From contig JAXLNO010000454.1 in the NCBI GenBank assembly GCA_038087875.1, forward strand, positions 62,001 to 90,173: DNA of 28,173 nt. The letters are read 5' to 3'. The position numbers and the translations under genes are program-made. Of this stretch, positions 8,801 to 20,880 are shown in pieces. The DNA is from Malacoraja senta. Its lineage: Eukaryota. The notes beneath the pieces are model-generated. The model saw only the letters and a program-made list of their open reading frames with translations. It did not search any database and was not told where the DNA came from. The first letter of the stretch is position 1. Every line of letters starts with the position of its first letter.

Positions 8801-10810
8801 ACCTGCCCCCCTAATTGTTTGATACACCTACACCTCCTATCTTAGGGCAGCAAGGTCACATGGACAACCTCGACCTTTAACTTACTATTGAAAAATACTC
8901 CATTATTTCAACTATGGTAGACAACCTAACAAATTATGCACCAGCTATCACATCCTTGGTCCTTCCCTAGAGATAGCACTCTGCATTCTAGGGTAGTCCA
9001 CTGCCATTTAGATTTCCGTCCATGGTATGAACATGCCCTTCAAAGAAAGTATTCTCCTACAGCCAAAACAATCGCTTGACCATTTCGAAGAGGCCTTCCA
9101 CCACTTTTCTCCAGCTTTGTCAAACATAATTTTCCTTTCATAAATCCGTCAATTCTGCCCATTCTTGCTACAATTTTTCCAAGTACGTCGTTATCTGCAC
9201 TTCCTTATAGTCAGAGCTATACAACTGCATTTGGCCCATATCCTTCAAAATCTTAAAATGTAGAACTGCAGATGCTGGTTAATACACAAAAGGACATGAA
9301 GTGCTGGAGTAACTCAGCACTTGTTTGGCAGCTCCTTCCATATACCCACCACCCTCTGAAAAATGTGCCCCTCAGGTTCTATTAAATCTTTCCCCTCTCA
9401 CCTTAAACCCATGTCCCCTGGCTCTCGATTCCCCTATTCTAGGTAAAAGACTCTGCATTTACTCTATCTATTCCTCAAATGATCTTATGCACCTCTATAA
9501 GATCACCTCTAATCCTCCCTCCGTACCAAGGAATAGTGCTAGCCTGCCCAACCTCTCTCTTTAGATCAGGCCTTCAAGTCCTCGCAACATCCTCGTAATC
9601 TTCTCTGCACTATTTCCAACTTACTTTCCTAAAGCAGGGTGACCAAAACTGAACAGAATACTCCAAATGCAGCCATACCAATGACCGTGCAACTGTAACA
9701 AAACATTGCAACTTCTAGAGTCATACCCTGACTGATGAAGTCCAATGTACCAAAGGTCTTTTTGACTATCCGATCTACCGGTGATGCCACTTTAAGGAAC
9801 TATGTACCGGCACTCCTGCATCCCTTTGTTATCTATGATACCATCCACTTTAGTGTCATCTGCAAACTTACTAACAATGCCTTCTAAATTCTCATCCAAA
9901 TCATTGATAAACCACAAACATTAATGGGCCCAGTACTGAACCATGAGGCACACCACATAGGCTTCCAGTTTAAAAAAAAAACAATCTCCCACCATCAACC
10001 TCTGCTTCCTTCCATGACACCAATTTACCCAATTGGCTATCTCTCCCTGGATCCCATGCAATCTAATCTTCCAGAGCAGCCTACCATGCAAAAATGTACA
10101 CAAAGCCTTGCTGAAGTCCATAAATACAATGACTGTATGGTTTTGCTCTCAACCTTTTGGGTTACTTCTTCAAATAATTCCCAGATTCACAATACACAAT
10201 CTCCCCTGCACAAACTCATGTTGACTAAATCAGCTTCAATCTATCCAAATTCATACCTCATCCTTCAGAATATTCTCTAGTAACTTGCCTACCACAGATA
10301 TTAGGCTCACTGGTTTATAGTTCCCAGACTTTTCATTGCAGACCTTCTTAAATAGAGCCAAAACATGAGCCCCCTTCCAATCTTCCTCACCCGTGTCAAA
10401 TAACAATTCATATATCTCAGTAGATATTTTTTTTCTCTAGCTTCCCACAGTGTCCTTGGATATATCTGATCAGGCCCAGGAGATTTATCTACCTTCAGAC
10501 CCCCAAGGATGTTCAGCACCTCGACTATAATACAGACTGTTCTCAAGACATTTCCATTAATTGTCCCCAAGCTCCCCAGTATTCATAACTTCATCTGCAG
10601 TAAAAAAAAAAAAAGGATAAATACTCATTGAAGACCTTGTCCATCTTCTCCGGCTCCACACAGAGATGCCTGCTTTGGTTTCTATGGCGCCCCTATTCTC
10701 TCTCTAACCCCTTTCCTTTAATGTACATAAAAATCTCTGTGGAATTTCCTTAATATTATCTGCCAGAGCCAACTCCTGCCTCCTTTTTGCCCTCCTGATT
10801 TACTTAAGTA

Positions 10811-13273
10811 ACATCTCCAAGTAACATCTTCCTTAATGTAACATCTCCAAGTTTGCAGATGACTTAAAGATGGGTGGCAGTATGAGCTGCGAGGAGGATG
10901 CTACGAGGCTGCAGGGTGACCTGGATAGGTTGGGTGAATGGGCAGATGCATGCCAGATGCAGTATAATGTGGATAAATGTAGGTTATCCACCTTGGTGGC
11001 AAGAACAAGAAGGCAGATTATTATCTGAATTATGTCAGATTAGGAAAGGGGGAGATGCAACGAGACCTGGGTGTCCTTGTACATCAGTCATTGAAAGTAA
11101 GCATGCAGGTACAGCAGGCACTGAAGAAAGCAAATGGCCTGTTGGCCTTCATGCGAGACGATGCAAGGAGGTCCTACTGCAGTTATACAAGGCCCTGGTG
11201 AGACCACACCCAGAGTATTGTGTGCAGTTTTGGTCTCCAAATTTGAGGAAGGACATTCTTGCTATTGAGGGAGTGCAGTATAGGTTCAGATTCAGATTCA
11301 ACTTTATTGTCATCGTGCAGTGTACAGTACAGAGACAACGAAATGCAGTTAGCATCTCCCTAGAAGAGCGACATAAATATGAGCAATAAATAAATCTATT
11401 TACGTGCATACAGTCATAGTATTTTTCCTGGTGGGAGGAGTGTCCGGGGGGGGGGGGGGGGTGATTGGCAGTCACCGAGGTACAGTGTTGAGTAGTGTAA
11501 CAGCCGCAGGGAAGAGGCTGTTCCTGGACCTGCTGGTCCAGCAACGGAGAGACCTGTAGCGCCTCCCGGATGGTAGGAGGGTAAACAGTCTGTGGTTGGG
11601 GTGAGAGCAGTCCTTGGAGATGCTGAGTGCCCTTCGCAGACAACACTTGCTTTGGACAGACTCAATGGAGGGGAGTGAGGAACCGGTAATGCGTTGGGCA
11701 ATTTTCACCACCCTCTGCAGTGCTTTCCGGTCAGAGACAGAGCAGTTGCCATACCATACTGAGATACAGTTGGTAAGGATGCTCTCGATGGTGCAGCGGT
11801 AGAAGTTCACCAGAATCTGAGGAGACAGATGGACCTTCTTTAGTCTCCTCAGGAAGAAGAGACACTGGTGAGCCTTCTTGACCAGAGTTGAGGTATTGTG
11901 GGTCCAAGAGAGGTCATCGGAGATATTCACCCCCAGGAACCTGAAGCTGGAAACACGTTCCACCTCCGTCCCGTTAATGTGGATGGGGGTGTGCGTGCCG
12001 CCCCTAGACTTCCTGAATTCTACAATGAGCTCCTTGGTCTTCTTGGAGTTAAGGGCCAGGTTGTTGTCAGCGCACCATGCTGCTAGGAGCTGGACCTCCT
12101 CCCTATAGGCTGACTCATCGTTGTTGCTGATGAGGCCAATCACCGTTGTATCATCTGCATACTTGATGATGGTGTTAGTACCATGCACAGGTGTGCAGTC
12201 GTAGGTGAAGAGGGAGTAGAGGAGGGGGCTCAGCACACAGCCCAGTGGAACGCAGGGTGAGGGTTGAAGAGGTGTGCTTGTCTAACCTAACAGACTGGGG
12301 TCTGTTGGTTAGAAAGTCCAACATCTAGTTGCAGAGGGAGGGGTCGATGCCCAGGTCACCGAGTTTGGTGATCAGTTTAGAGGGTATGATGGTGTTGAAT
12401 GCTGAGCTGTAATCGATGAACAGCATTCTTACGTAAGTGTCTCTGTTGTCGAGGTGGGAGAGGGCGGAGTGAAGTGCCGTTGAGATGGCATCCTCCGTAC
12501 TCCTGTTCTTGCGGTAGGCAAACTGATAGGGATCCAACGTGGGGGGTAGGCAGCCTTTGAGGTGTGCCAGGACCAGCCTCTCGAAGCGCTTGGCGATGAT
12601 GGGAGCAAGTGCAACTGGGCGGAAGTCGTTGAGGACGCGCAGGCCCTGAGGACGCGCCCGGGGATGCCGTCAGGGCTAGCAGCCTTAAGTGCATTAGTCC
12701 TACTCAGTGCCACGTACACGTTGTATGGGGTGAGTGTGAGGGGCTGGTGATCGGCAGGGATCACCGCCTTGATGGCCATCTCTAGATTCACCAGGTTAAT
12801 TCCCGGGATGGTGGTACTGACATATGATGAAAGAATGGATCGACTGGGTTTATATTCACTGGAATTTAGAAGGATGAGAGGGGATTTTCTAGAAACATAT
12901 AACATTCTTTAGAGATTGGACAGGCTAGATGCAGGAAAAATGTTCCCAATATTGAGGGAATCCTGAATCAAGGGTCACAGTTTACAAATAAGGATTTGTA
13001 CATTCAGGAATGAGATGAGGAAAAACCTTTTCACCCAGAGAGCTGTGAATCTGTGGAATTCTCTTCCATAGAAGGCAGTGGAGGCCAATTCACTGGATGT
13101 ATTCAAGAGAGAGTTAGATATAGCCCTTGGGGCTAACAAAATTAAGGGATATGGGGAGAAAGCAGGAACGGGGTACTGATGTTGGATGATCAGCCATGAT
13201 CATATTGAATGGTGGTGCGGGCTCGAAGGGCCAAATGGCTGACTCCTGCACCTATTTTCTGTGTTTCTATGTT
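10811..13273 (+). mobile_element. 5'-truncated CR1 LINE inserted into the older CR1 and split by a Rex1
   Basis: [39 protein letters not shown], 3' end gggctcgaagggcc..ctcctgcacctattttct with ttctatgt-type tail; flanked by ttaagta at 10804-10810 and 13272-13278. Confidence 0.9.
11289..12782 (-). mobile_element. Rex1/Babar LINE (second subfamily), 5'-truncated
   Basis: [70 protein letters not shown]; (TGAATC)n tail; flanks taggttca 11281-11288 and tagattca 12783-12790. Confidence 0.93.
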
Positions 13274-13437
13274 AAGTATGCTACTCAGTTCCCAAAACTC
13301 CTCAATTTTTCGTGTATAACTTCCCAATACACTTGGCCCCAGCGGCCTATACCTGTCCCATGTCTCCTTTTTCCTGACCAGAGACTCAAATGTTCTCGTC
13401 ATGTAATTTTCCTTACTCCCACCTTGCCCTTCACTCA

Positions 13438-13960
13438 CATTTTACTGGGATGCATCACAGCATGTATTGGGAAATGCTCCATCCAAGACCATAAGAAATT
13501 GCAGAGAATTGTGGACGAAGCCCGACCATTACACAAACCAACCTCCATTCTATTGACCCCATTCACACTTCACGCAACTTCAGCAAAGCCACCAGCATAA
13601 TCAAGGACCAGTCTCCTCCCTCTTCTCCCATCGAGAAAGATGCACAAAAGTATGAAAACGTATACCTCCAGATTCAGCAAGTTTCTTCCCAGCTGCTATC
13701 GGGCAACTGAACCACTCTATCAACAACTAGAGAGTGGTCCTGAGCTACTATTTACATCATTGGAGACCATCGGACGATCATTAATCAGACTTTACTGAAC
13801 TTTAACTTCACTAAACGATATTCCCATTATCGTGTATCTGTATGCTGTGGATGTAATGATTGTAATCATGCATTATCCTTCCGCTGACTGGTTGACCCAC
13901 AACAAAAGCTTATCACTGTACCTCGGTACACGTGACAAAAAGCTAAACTAAACTTCAAAC
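13438..13960 (+). mobile_element. Rex1-type LINE 3' fragment (third subfamily)
   Basis: ILLGCITACIGKCSIQDHKKLQRIVDEA, then a 3' UTR ending cactgtacctcggtacacgtgacaa..ctaaactaaact. Confidence 0.8.
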
Positions 13961-16309
13961 TCTAACATGAACATGCATGCCCTGAACTCGTAATCAGACT
14001 TTTAAAAGCATCCCACTTTCCATATGTTCTTTTGCCCATAAACATCCTATTTCTATCAACTGAAGTAAGTTCCTGTCTAATACCATTAAAGTTGGCCCTG
14101 CCCCAATTCAGAATTTTAACTCTTGGCACCATGACAGTCCCTGTCTATATTGGGAAAGTTAAAATCCCTTACTGTGACAACATTATTAGTCTTGCAGCTG
14201 CCTGCAATCCCCTGGCACATTTGCTCTTCTAATTCCCATCAACTATTTGGGGGCCGACAGTTCACTCCCAACTAGGCGATCCTCCTCTTTATATTTCTCA
14301 GCTGCGTCCATTATAGCCTCATTGGACGAACCATCAGTTACGTCATCTCAGACAACTGCCGTGACATTCTATTTAATCAATAAAGCAACATCCCGTCCTC
14401 TTTTACCCCCACCTCCATCTCTCCTGTGACACTTGTAACCTGCAACATTAAGCTGCCAGTACTGTCCCTCTCTTAGCCAGGTTTCTGTATGACTACAACG
14501 TATTTTTCCATGGCCTGAGTTCATCCGCCTTACCCGTCAGGCATCTGGCACAAAAATCAATCCAATGGCCTTTCCTTACTCATGTGTATCTCTCCACTGA
14601 ACTTACTTTCATCACCTTTCATACCTCGGTTTCCAGCCTCTCACCTGCCGCAGTCCTACATTGGTTCTCATCATCCGCACCCCTCTCTCCCCCCCCCCCC
14701 TTCCAGGATATTGGAACCCCTCCAGTTCACGTGCAACCAATCCCTCATGTACAGTTCACATCTATCCCGCTGGAGATCTCAATAGCCAATAATCTGAATC
14801 CCTGCCCTCTGCTTCAACTCCTGCGTCATGCATTTATTCATCCTATTTTCCAAAACCTGCCCTCAAGAATATGACAACCAGGATTAACTTGGAGATTACT
14901 ACCCTGGATGTCATACTTTAATATTTTGCCTAACTCCCTGTATTCATTTTGCAGAACCTCACACTTTTTGCTACCCATGTTATTTGTGCCAACATGCAAA
15001 GCAACATAGATTCCAGCATCCCCCCCCAAAAAAAACTGCTAACGCCAGGCTAAATTGGTCAACAGTCGTTAATTTTCTCTCCCTCATTTCCTTCCTTCCT
15101 CATTTCATTTCACACTTAAGTGCTAATTTTTATAGGTTCATTGGTAAAATCCTACAAAGCAACTGCAGAATATTCACATAATATTTAACTGTTGTATTTT
15201 CAGCCATTATAACAACTCTGCACCACATCTCAAATATTTACTGACTACAATTGATCATAGTCTTACTCTGGCCTTCTGCATTTCCATGACCATCAGCTCT
15301 TCCAAATCAAAAGCTCAGTAACAACACAGTATTCCGCTGACAATTAGGATCAAAGAAAAAAATTCATTTGCTCTATGAGCATATTTTTAATGGAGTCATA
15401 AACTGCATCCCGTTTCATGTTTATCAGGTGGTGTAAACCACTTTAACATCAAGACCATAACTCCTCCCATTAAAAAATGATTGGATTTTTTCACCGTCAT
15501 TGAAAAGAAAAAAAGAACAAGCACAGTTATCTCTGCTCACATACAACACGAGGAAGATCATTTTGCTGAACACGGCCAAAGATTTGAACTTAAGCCAATA
15601 TTTTTATGTTTGATAACTACTATGAATTCACAAGTATAAAATTCAAGATTATAAAGTTATTAAAATAGAAATGTTCATGTTTAATACCATGTAATATTTT
15701 ATTCAAGCTAAGAGTTGTGTTCTCGTATAAATGAAAACTAATGGCATGCATTGAACTTTACATCAAAAAATATTTTATTTCTGATAAAATCACAAATTCC
15801 AGTTATGCATGGTTCAATCGTGCTTTTATTGTCACATGTTTGAAGTACAAGCACAGTGAAAATCTTTTCATACAAACATTCCAGTAGAGCATTGCCATAT
15901 ATATCCCCAAATTGTACACAAATAGCCTACTGATTCCCTCATGCAAGAGGTGCCATGTTTTGGCACCATTTTCAAAGTCTAGTCCATGCTCTAGTATTAT
16001 GAGCAATGCCCGTCCATTTCCCCATATGGAATGATAGTGAAACAGCCTTTATTCCCAAACATCCAAGCAAGCCGTTAAAGAAGAATGTTTGAGTTGCTCA
16101 GTTGCAAAAAAAAATCTGAAGTTGGTTTATGTCACAATCAACAATCTTGTGAAAATCCTTCAGAGACTTACACAAATTAATTAGAACAATGATTTTCAAT
16201 TCTACCTTCATGAAAAAATTCCATCCAGCATTCTTCATCAGACACAGCCCAGAACCAAGTAAAAACCTGCGGCACACTCAGGTTACAAAACACTGTTCCC
16301 AAAAGAATA

Positions 16310-16582
16310 TGGCATAGTGGTGCAGCTGATGGAGCTGCTGCCTGTGGGGAGTTTATATGTTCTATTTGCAATCGTGTGGTTGCCTCCATGTGCTCTGATT
16401 TTCTCCTACATGCCAAAGACGTGGGTTTATTGGTTAATCGGCCTCCCCAAACATGCCCGCATTGTTTTGGAAGATGGTGAAAAAGTGAGTTAATATAGAA
16501 CGAATGCAAACAAATGACCACAGATTCGTGTACACACGGTTGGCTGAAGAGCATGTTTCCATACTGTATCTCTAAACTAAAG
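16310..16582 (+). mobile_element. V-SINE, degenerate
   Basis: A box tggtgcagctga, V-domain ggagttt..gttct..ctcctacatgccaaagacgtg..ttggttaat, tail ggctgaagagcatgtttccatactgtatctctaaactaa. Confidence 0.7.
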
Positions 16583-16679
16583 AAATCACAGAGCTTTCCA
16601 ATAAAACATTCAGAACTGCTTTGGTAAGATTAAACTGCTTAATTGCCAACATGTGAAGAGAAGGAATACCAAAAAGATA

Positions 16680-16778
16680 ACCCGTCTGAAGAAGGGTTTT
16701 GGCCCGAAACGTTGCCTATTTCTTTCGCTCCATAGACGCTGCCGCACCTGCTGAGTTTCTCCAGCACTTTTGTCTACC
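16680..16778 (+). mobile_element. About 95-bp Penelope pLTR insertion with a hammerhead core and 13-bp target-site duplication
   Basis: CTGAAGA-AGGGTTTTGGCCC-GAAA-CGTT at 16686-16713; taccaaaaagata at 16667-16679 and 16775-16787. Confidence 0.8.
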
Positions 16779-17079
16779 AAAAAGATACTGGTGTCCTTTC
16801 AGTGTTTAAGTGGTTACCCAATTCTAGATTTGATGATCAGAGTGCAAGACTCCATTAAGTGCAAAACTCAAACTTTGAACCTGCAACTGCAAATTGAAAA
16901 CACTCCCATAAAACAAAACAGCAAGCTTAAAGTCCAAAAAATAATGAAGGTAAACTAAAATAAAGGTCAAACCAAGCAAGAACAGCATTCTGGTTAAGCC
17001 AGGGCAAACATACACTCATGAAACAATCCAATTTGGTATGTGGTGTTTTTGCCTCACAACAGAACTAAAATGAATGGAT

Positions 17080-17256
17080 AAACACAAAATGGTGGAGTAA
17101 CTCGGCGGGACATTACTCAGCGAGTAATTCATCTCTGGAGACACAAAATGGGTGAAGTTTCAGGTCTCACATTCAGAGATGCTGCCAGTCCCATTGAGTT
17201 ACTCCTGCATTTTTGGTCTATCTTCAATTTAAACCAGCATCTGCAGTTCCTTCCTG
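17080..17256. repeat. Inverted pair of Penelope pLTR fragments
   Basis: acacaaaatggtggagtaactc..catctctg is followed by its approximate reverse complement cagagatgctgcc..gagttactcc..catttt. Confidence 0.7.
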
Positions 17257-17305
17257 CGCATAAAATGAATGTATACCATTCACAGAAATCTAATTTTAAT
17301 AAATA

Positions 17306-18593
17306 CTAGACTAAGTGGGACGCGTTGGGTCCCAGCATCACACGAGAGGGCTGGTCCCCCAAAGCAATATTTCACCTCTCCACCAATTCCAATATTGGTG
17401 GCCAGTGGGGAGGGGGGGCTTTCTGGAGCACTAGTATGGGTGTTATGCGCTGAAGGGACTGGTTTCCAGAGGGCTAGTATGGACATTGTTGGCCAAATGG
17501 ATCCTTGGGCTGGCGGCTCAGTCACTCAAGCCTGTTGTGCTGGCAGCTCACTCAATCACGGCTGGTGGGCTCGCAGTTGATTCCATTTCAAGCAGGGTGC
17601 AAGGGCACCAAATTCAAGTGCAGTTTCATACCATTTCAAGCAGGGTGCAAGGCCACTAAAGACAGCGAGTCGTGACCTCTCCCTCCCCCATCTTGCAGAG
17701 ACTGAGCCACTCCCACACTTCCGGGTTTATAGTCCCTCCCCCTCCCACCAGAAGGGGCGTGGCCTTCATGGCGTGATTGACAGGAGAATCTCAACATTTT
17801 TTAAACACTAATAACTCAGGTGGGAAAAATCCTCGGCACCTGATGAGCGGAGGGGGACTCTGAGTAAGATGGCCAAAAATCACAGCCATACATGGTAGCG
17901 TTTTCTTCTAAAATCAATATAAAGCGCAAACAGGAAGTGGTCAAGATTAAACTTTTAATAATATAGAAGGCAAAGCAGCTCTAATTAGGCAAGGTAGCTC
18001 TAATTAGACAAGGCATCTCGCTTTAGCACTTTCAAAACCAAAGGCAAGGCAGCTCGCTTTAGCACTTTCAAAACCAAAGGCAACGCAGCTCGCTTTAGCA
18101 CTTTCAAAACCAAAGGCAACACAGCTCGCTTTAGCACTTTCAAAACCAAAGGCAACACAGCTTTAGCACTTTCAAACCAAAACACACTTTTGCATTTTGA
18201 AACTACATTTTCAAACCACATTAAGGGCACTGACAGGTCAGTAAAACCACTCACAGTTTAGTAGACATATGTTCAGTGTTATTCACAGCTCAGACTGAGA
18301 ATTGCGACCTCTCGCTCCCCCATCTTGCACAGAACTGAGGCACCTCCACACTTCCGGGTTTTATAGTCCCTCCGGAAGGGGCATGGCCTTCAGGAGAGAG
18401 AATCTCAACATTTTTTAAACACTAATAACTCTTTTATTTTTCATCGATGGGAAAAATCCTCTTGTCCTATGCAGCGGAGGGGGACTCTGAGTAAAATGGC
18501 CAAAAATCACAGCCGTAAGTGGCAGCGTTTCTTTCTAAAATCAATATACAAAACAACAGGAAGTGGTCAAGATCAGACTTCTAGTAATATAGA
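17306..18593 (-). mobile_element. Complete non-autonomous Helitron
   Basis: Minus strand starts TCTATATTAC (18593) and ends with hairpin tgggac-ccaacgc-gtccca followed by cttagtCTAG (17306). It sits between A and T with no TSD. Confidence 0.88.
17969..18181. repeat. Minisatellite inside the Helitron: about 2.5 x 19 bp, then about 4.5 x 36 bp
   Basis: ggcaa(a/g)g(c/t)agctctaatta units, then ttagcactttcaaaaccaaaggcaa..cagctcgct units. Confidence 0.92.
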
Positions 18594-18789
18594 TTAACAA
18601 TTGAAAAAATAAATGACCCATTTCAGGCCAAAGTTGACTAGATGGAAGTAAAAGGGGCACAGAGTAAGCAAGCAAAACTAAGCGTTATCAAAGTGGAGAA
18701 GAGCAAGCCATCCCACTGGATCCAAGAATGACAAACCAGAATACTTTCCTCACAATGGCAGATTAGAAATCTTTGACAGGAAAGCACGC

Positions 18790-18846
18790 AAACAAAAGCT
18801 TTTCACTGCACCTCGGGTCACGTGACAATAGTAAACTAAACTAAAA
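18790..18846 (+). repeat. Rex1-type LINE extreme 3' tail
   Basis: aacaaaagcttttcactgcacctcgggtcacgtgacaatagtaaactaaactaaa matches 13901-13953. Confidence 0.7.
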
Positions 18847-19152
18847 TACCCTCAAATCGGTTGCAGTACAAGAGTAAATAACGTTCCTGATACAGACCTT
18901 TGATTCCATACCAGCCACTTGACCCTGGGAAGATGACTTCAGCGTGACTCTTGGAGAGGGAAACTGAACAAGCTCAGCAGAACTACACCTTAAAGATTAG
19001 GTTAGGTTCTCGAAACTTGGATCAGAATCTTGCAAGGCGAAGTAATTTACTTGCTTACTATGTTGAAGAGATTCAATGCAATGCAGGAATTATATCCTTT
19101 ACTGGAGGACTTCAGAACAAAAACAAAAGGACAAGCTTAATATTAGAGCAAA

Positions 19153-19433
19153 GGGTGTCACAGTGGTGCTGTTGGGAAAGCTGCTGCTTTACTGTGCCAG
19201 AGACCTCGTGTGATCCTGATCTTGGGTGCTGGCTATGTGGAGTTTGCCTCTGGGTTCCTCCCACATCCCCCAGACATTGTTGGTTAATTGGATTTGGTAA
19301 ATTGCCCTTAGTGTATCGGGAAGCAAAAGTGGAATAACATGGCACTAGATTGGGTGATCGGTGGTCTGCATGGACTCGGTTGGCAGAAAGGCTTATTTCC
19401 AACCTGTAACTATCAACAATCAATTAATCAATC
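19153..19433 (+). mobile_element. V-SINE, near full length
   Basis: tRNA-like head, tgtggagtttgc..cctcccacat..ggttaattgg..aaattgccctta V-domain, CR1-type tail, (caat)n end. Confidence 0.8.
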
Positions 19434-19666
19434 AAAAAAAATCAAGATATCAAAAAGCATTTTTTTCCCAAAACAAGGCGAAATAGTAATCTGGAATATT
19501 ATTCCAAATAGAAATCTCATTGTTACGGAAACAGGAATTATTCAATTTCAATACATTTTTTCTAGACTATTTCATCACAGATATCGATCAAGTTAAAGAA
19601 AAGCGAGTACAAGGTACCAAATTACCCACAATGACAAAACCGTCTCAAGTCTTTAAGATCTACTAA

Positions 19667-20572
19667 AGTGCGAACTCCATCATCAAGTTCGCTGACGACA
19701 CCACTGTTGTGGGACGTATCACTGATGGGGATGAGTCAGAGTATAGAAGAGAGATACTGTCCATATGGTGCCAGCACAATAACCTGGCCCTCAACACCAG
19801 CAAAACCAAGGAACTGATTGTGGATTTTGGAAGGAGTAGGATGGGGACCCACAGTCCTGTTTATATCAACGGATCGATGGTTAAAAGGGTCAAGAGCTTC
19901 AAATTCCTGGGCGTGCACATCTCTGAAGATCTTTCCTGGTCCGAGAACACTGATGCAATTATTAAGAAAGCACATCAGGGCCTCTACTTCCTGAGAAGAT
20001 TATGGAGAGTCGGTTTGTCAAGGAGGACTCTCTCTAACTTCTACAGGTGCACAGTAGAGAGCATGCTGACCGGTTGCATCGTGGCTTGGTTCGGCAACTT
20101 GAGCGCCCTGGAGAGGAAAAGACTACAAAGAGTAGTAAACACTGCCCAGTCCATCATCGGCTCTGACCTCCCTTCCATCGAGGGGATCTATCGCAGTCGC
20201 TGCTGCAAAAAGGCTGGCAGTATCATCAAGGACCCACACCATCCTGGCCACACACTCATCTCCCTACTACCTTCAGGTAGAAGGTACAGGAGTCTGAAGA
20301 CTGCAACGACCAGGTTCAGGATTAGCTACTTCCCCACAGCCATCAGGCTATTAAATCTGGCTCGGACAAAACTCTGAACTTTAATAGCCCATTAACGGTT
20401 ATTTGCACTTTATCAGTTTATTTATTCATGTGTGTATATATTTATAGAATGGTATATGGACACACTGATCTGTTTTGTAGTCAATGCCTACTATGTTCTG
20501 TTGTGCTGAAGCAAAGCAAGAATTTCATTGTCCTATCAGGGACACATGACAATAAACTCACTTGAACTTGAA
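19667..20572 (+). mobile_element. Rex1/Babar LINE, 5'-truncated, same subfamily as 4438-5390
   Basis: KFADDTTVVG..LNTSKTKELIVDF..LLPSGRRYRS; complete 3' UTR and cttgaa tail. Confidence 0.93.
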
Positions 20573-20880
20573 TTACTCATGTCTCAACATCCTAAATATT
20601 AAATTAAAAATATAGAATCATTACTTTAAAAAAAAAGTTACATCACATGAAGTAGCCATATGGCCTAATAGTGTCTGTGCCAGTTCAAAAAAGAGCTATC
20701 TGCCCCAAAGCTATCTATCCCGACCCAAAACATCATCTGTCCATTCCCTCCACAGAACCTGCCTAACCCATTGATTTCTTAGTGCTCAGGAAATTCAATT
20801 GGGTCCTTTAACCACACTATTGAACTGTCCTGCAAAGTCCTATAAGTCTCTATATGGGCACACATTTTACAATGCCTTTC

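Larger units (their letters stand above)
9320..15030 (-). mobile_element. Long decayed CR1 LINE (ORF1 esterase, endonuclease, RT), interrupted by nested insertions at 10811-13273 and 13438-13960
   Basis: LHVGTNNMG..EYRELGKILK (SGNH esterase, 14900-15000), GDFNFPNID (about 14145-14170), MTRTFESLVRKKE, VDKSPGPDQIYPRTLWEARE, MDFSKA..HGRLLWKIRLHGIQG, all in correct order on the minus strand. Confidence 0.88.

Noticed and set aside
15030..16300. Short ORFs in AT-rich stretches (also 25100-26000)
   Set aside because: No recognisable motifs or splice structure; consistent with chance ORFs.
17969..18254. CRISPR-like array, or a repeat protein (AVLPLVLKVLKR)n
   Set aside because: The 36-bp units are head-to-tail with no unique spacers, in a eukaryotic context. 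The ORF is a by-product of a unit length divisible by 3.
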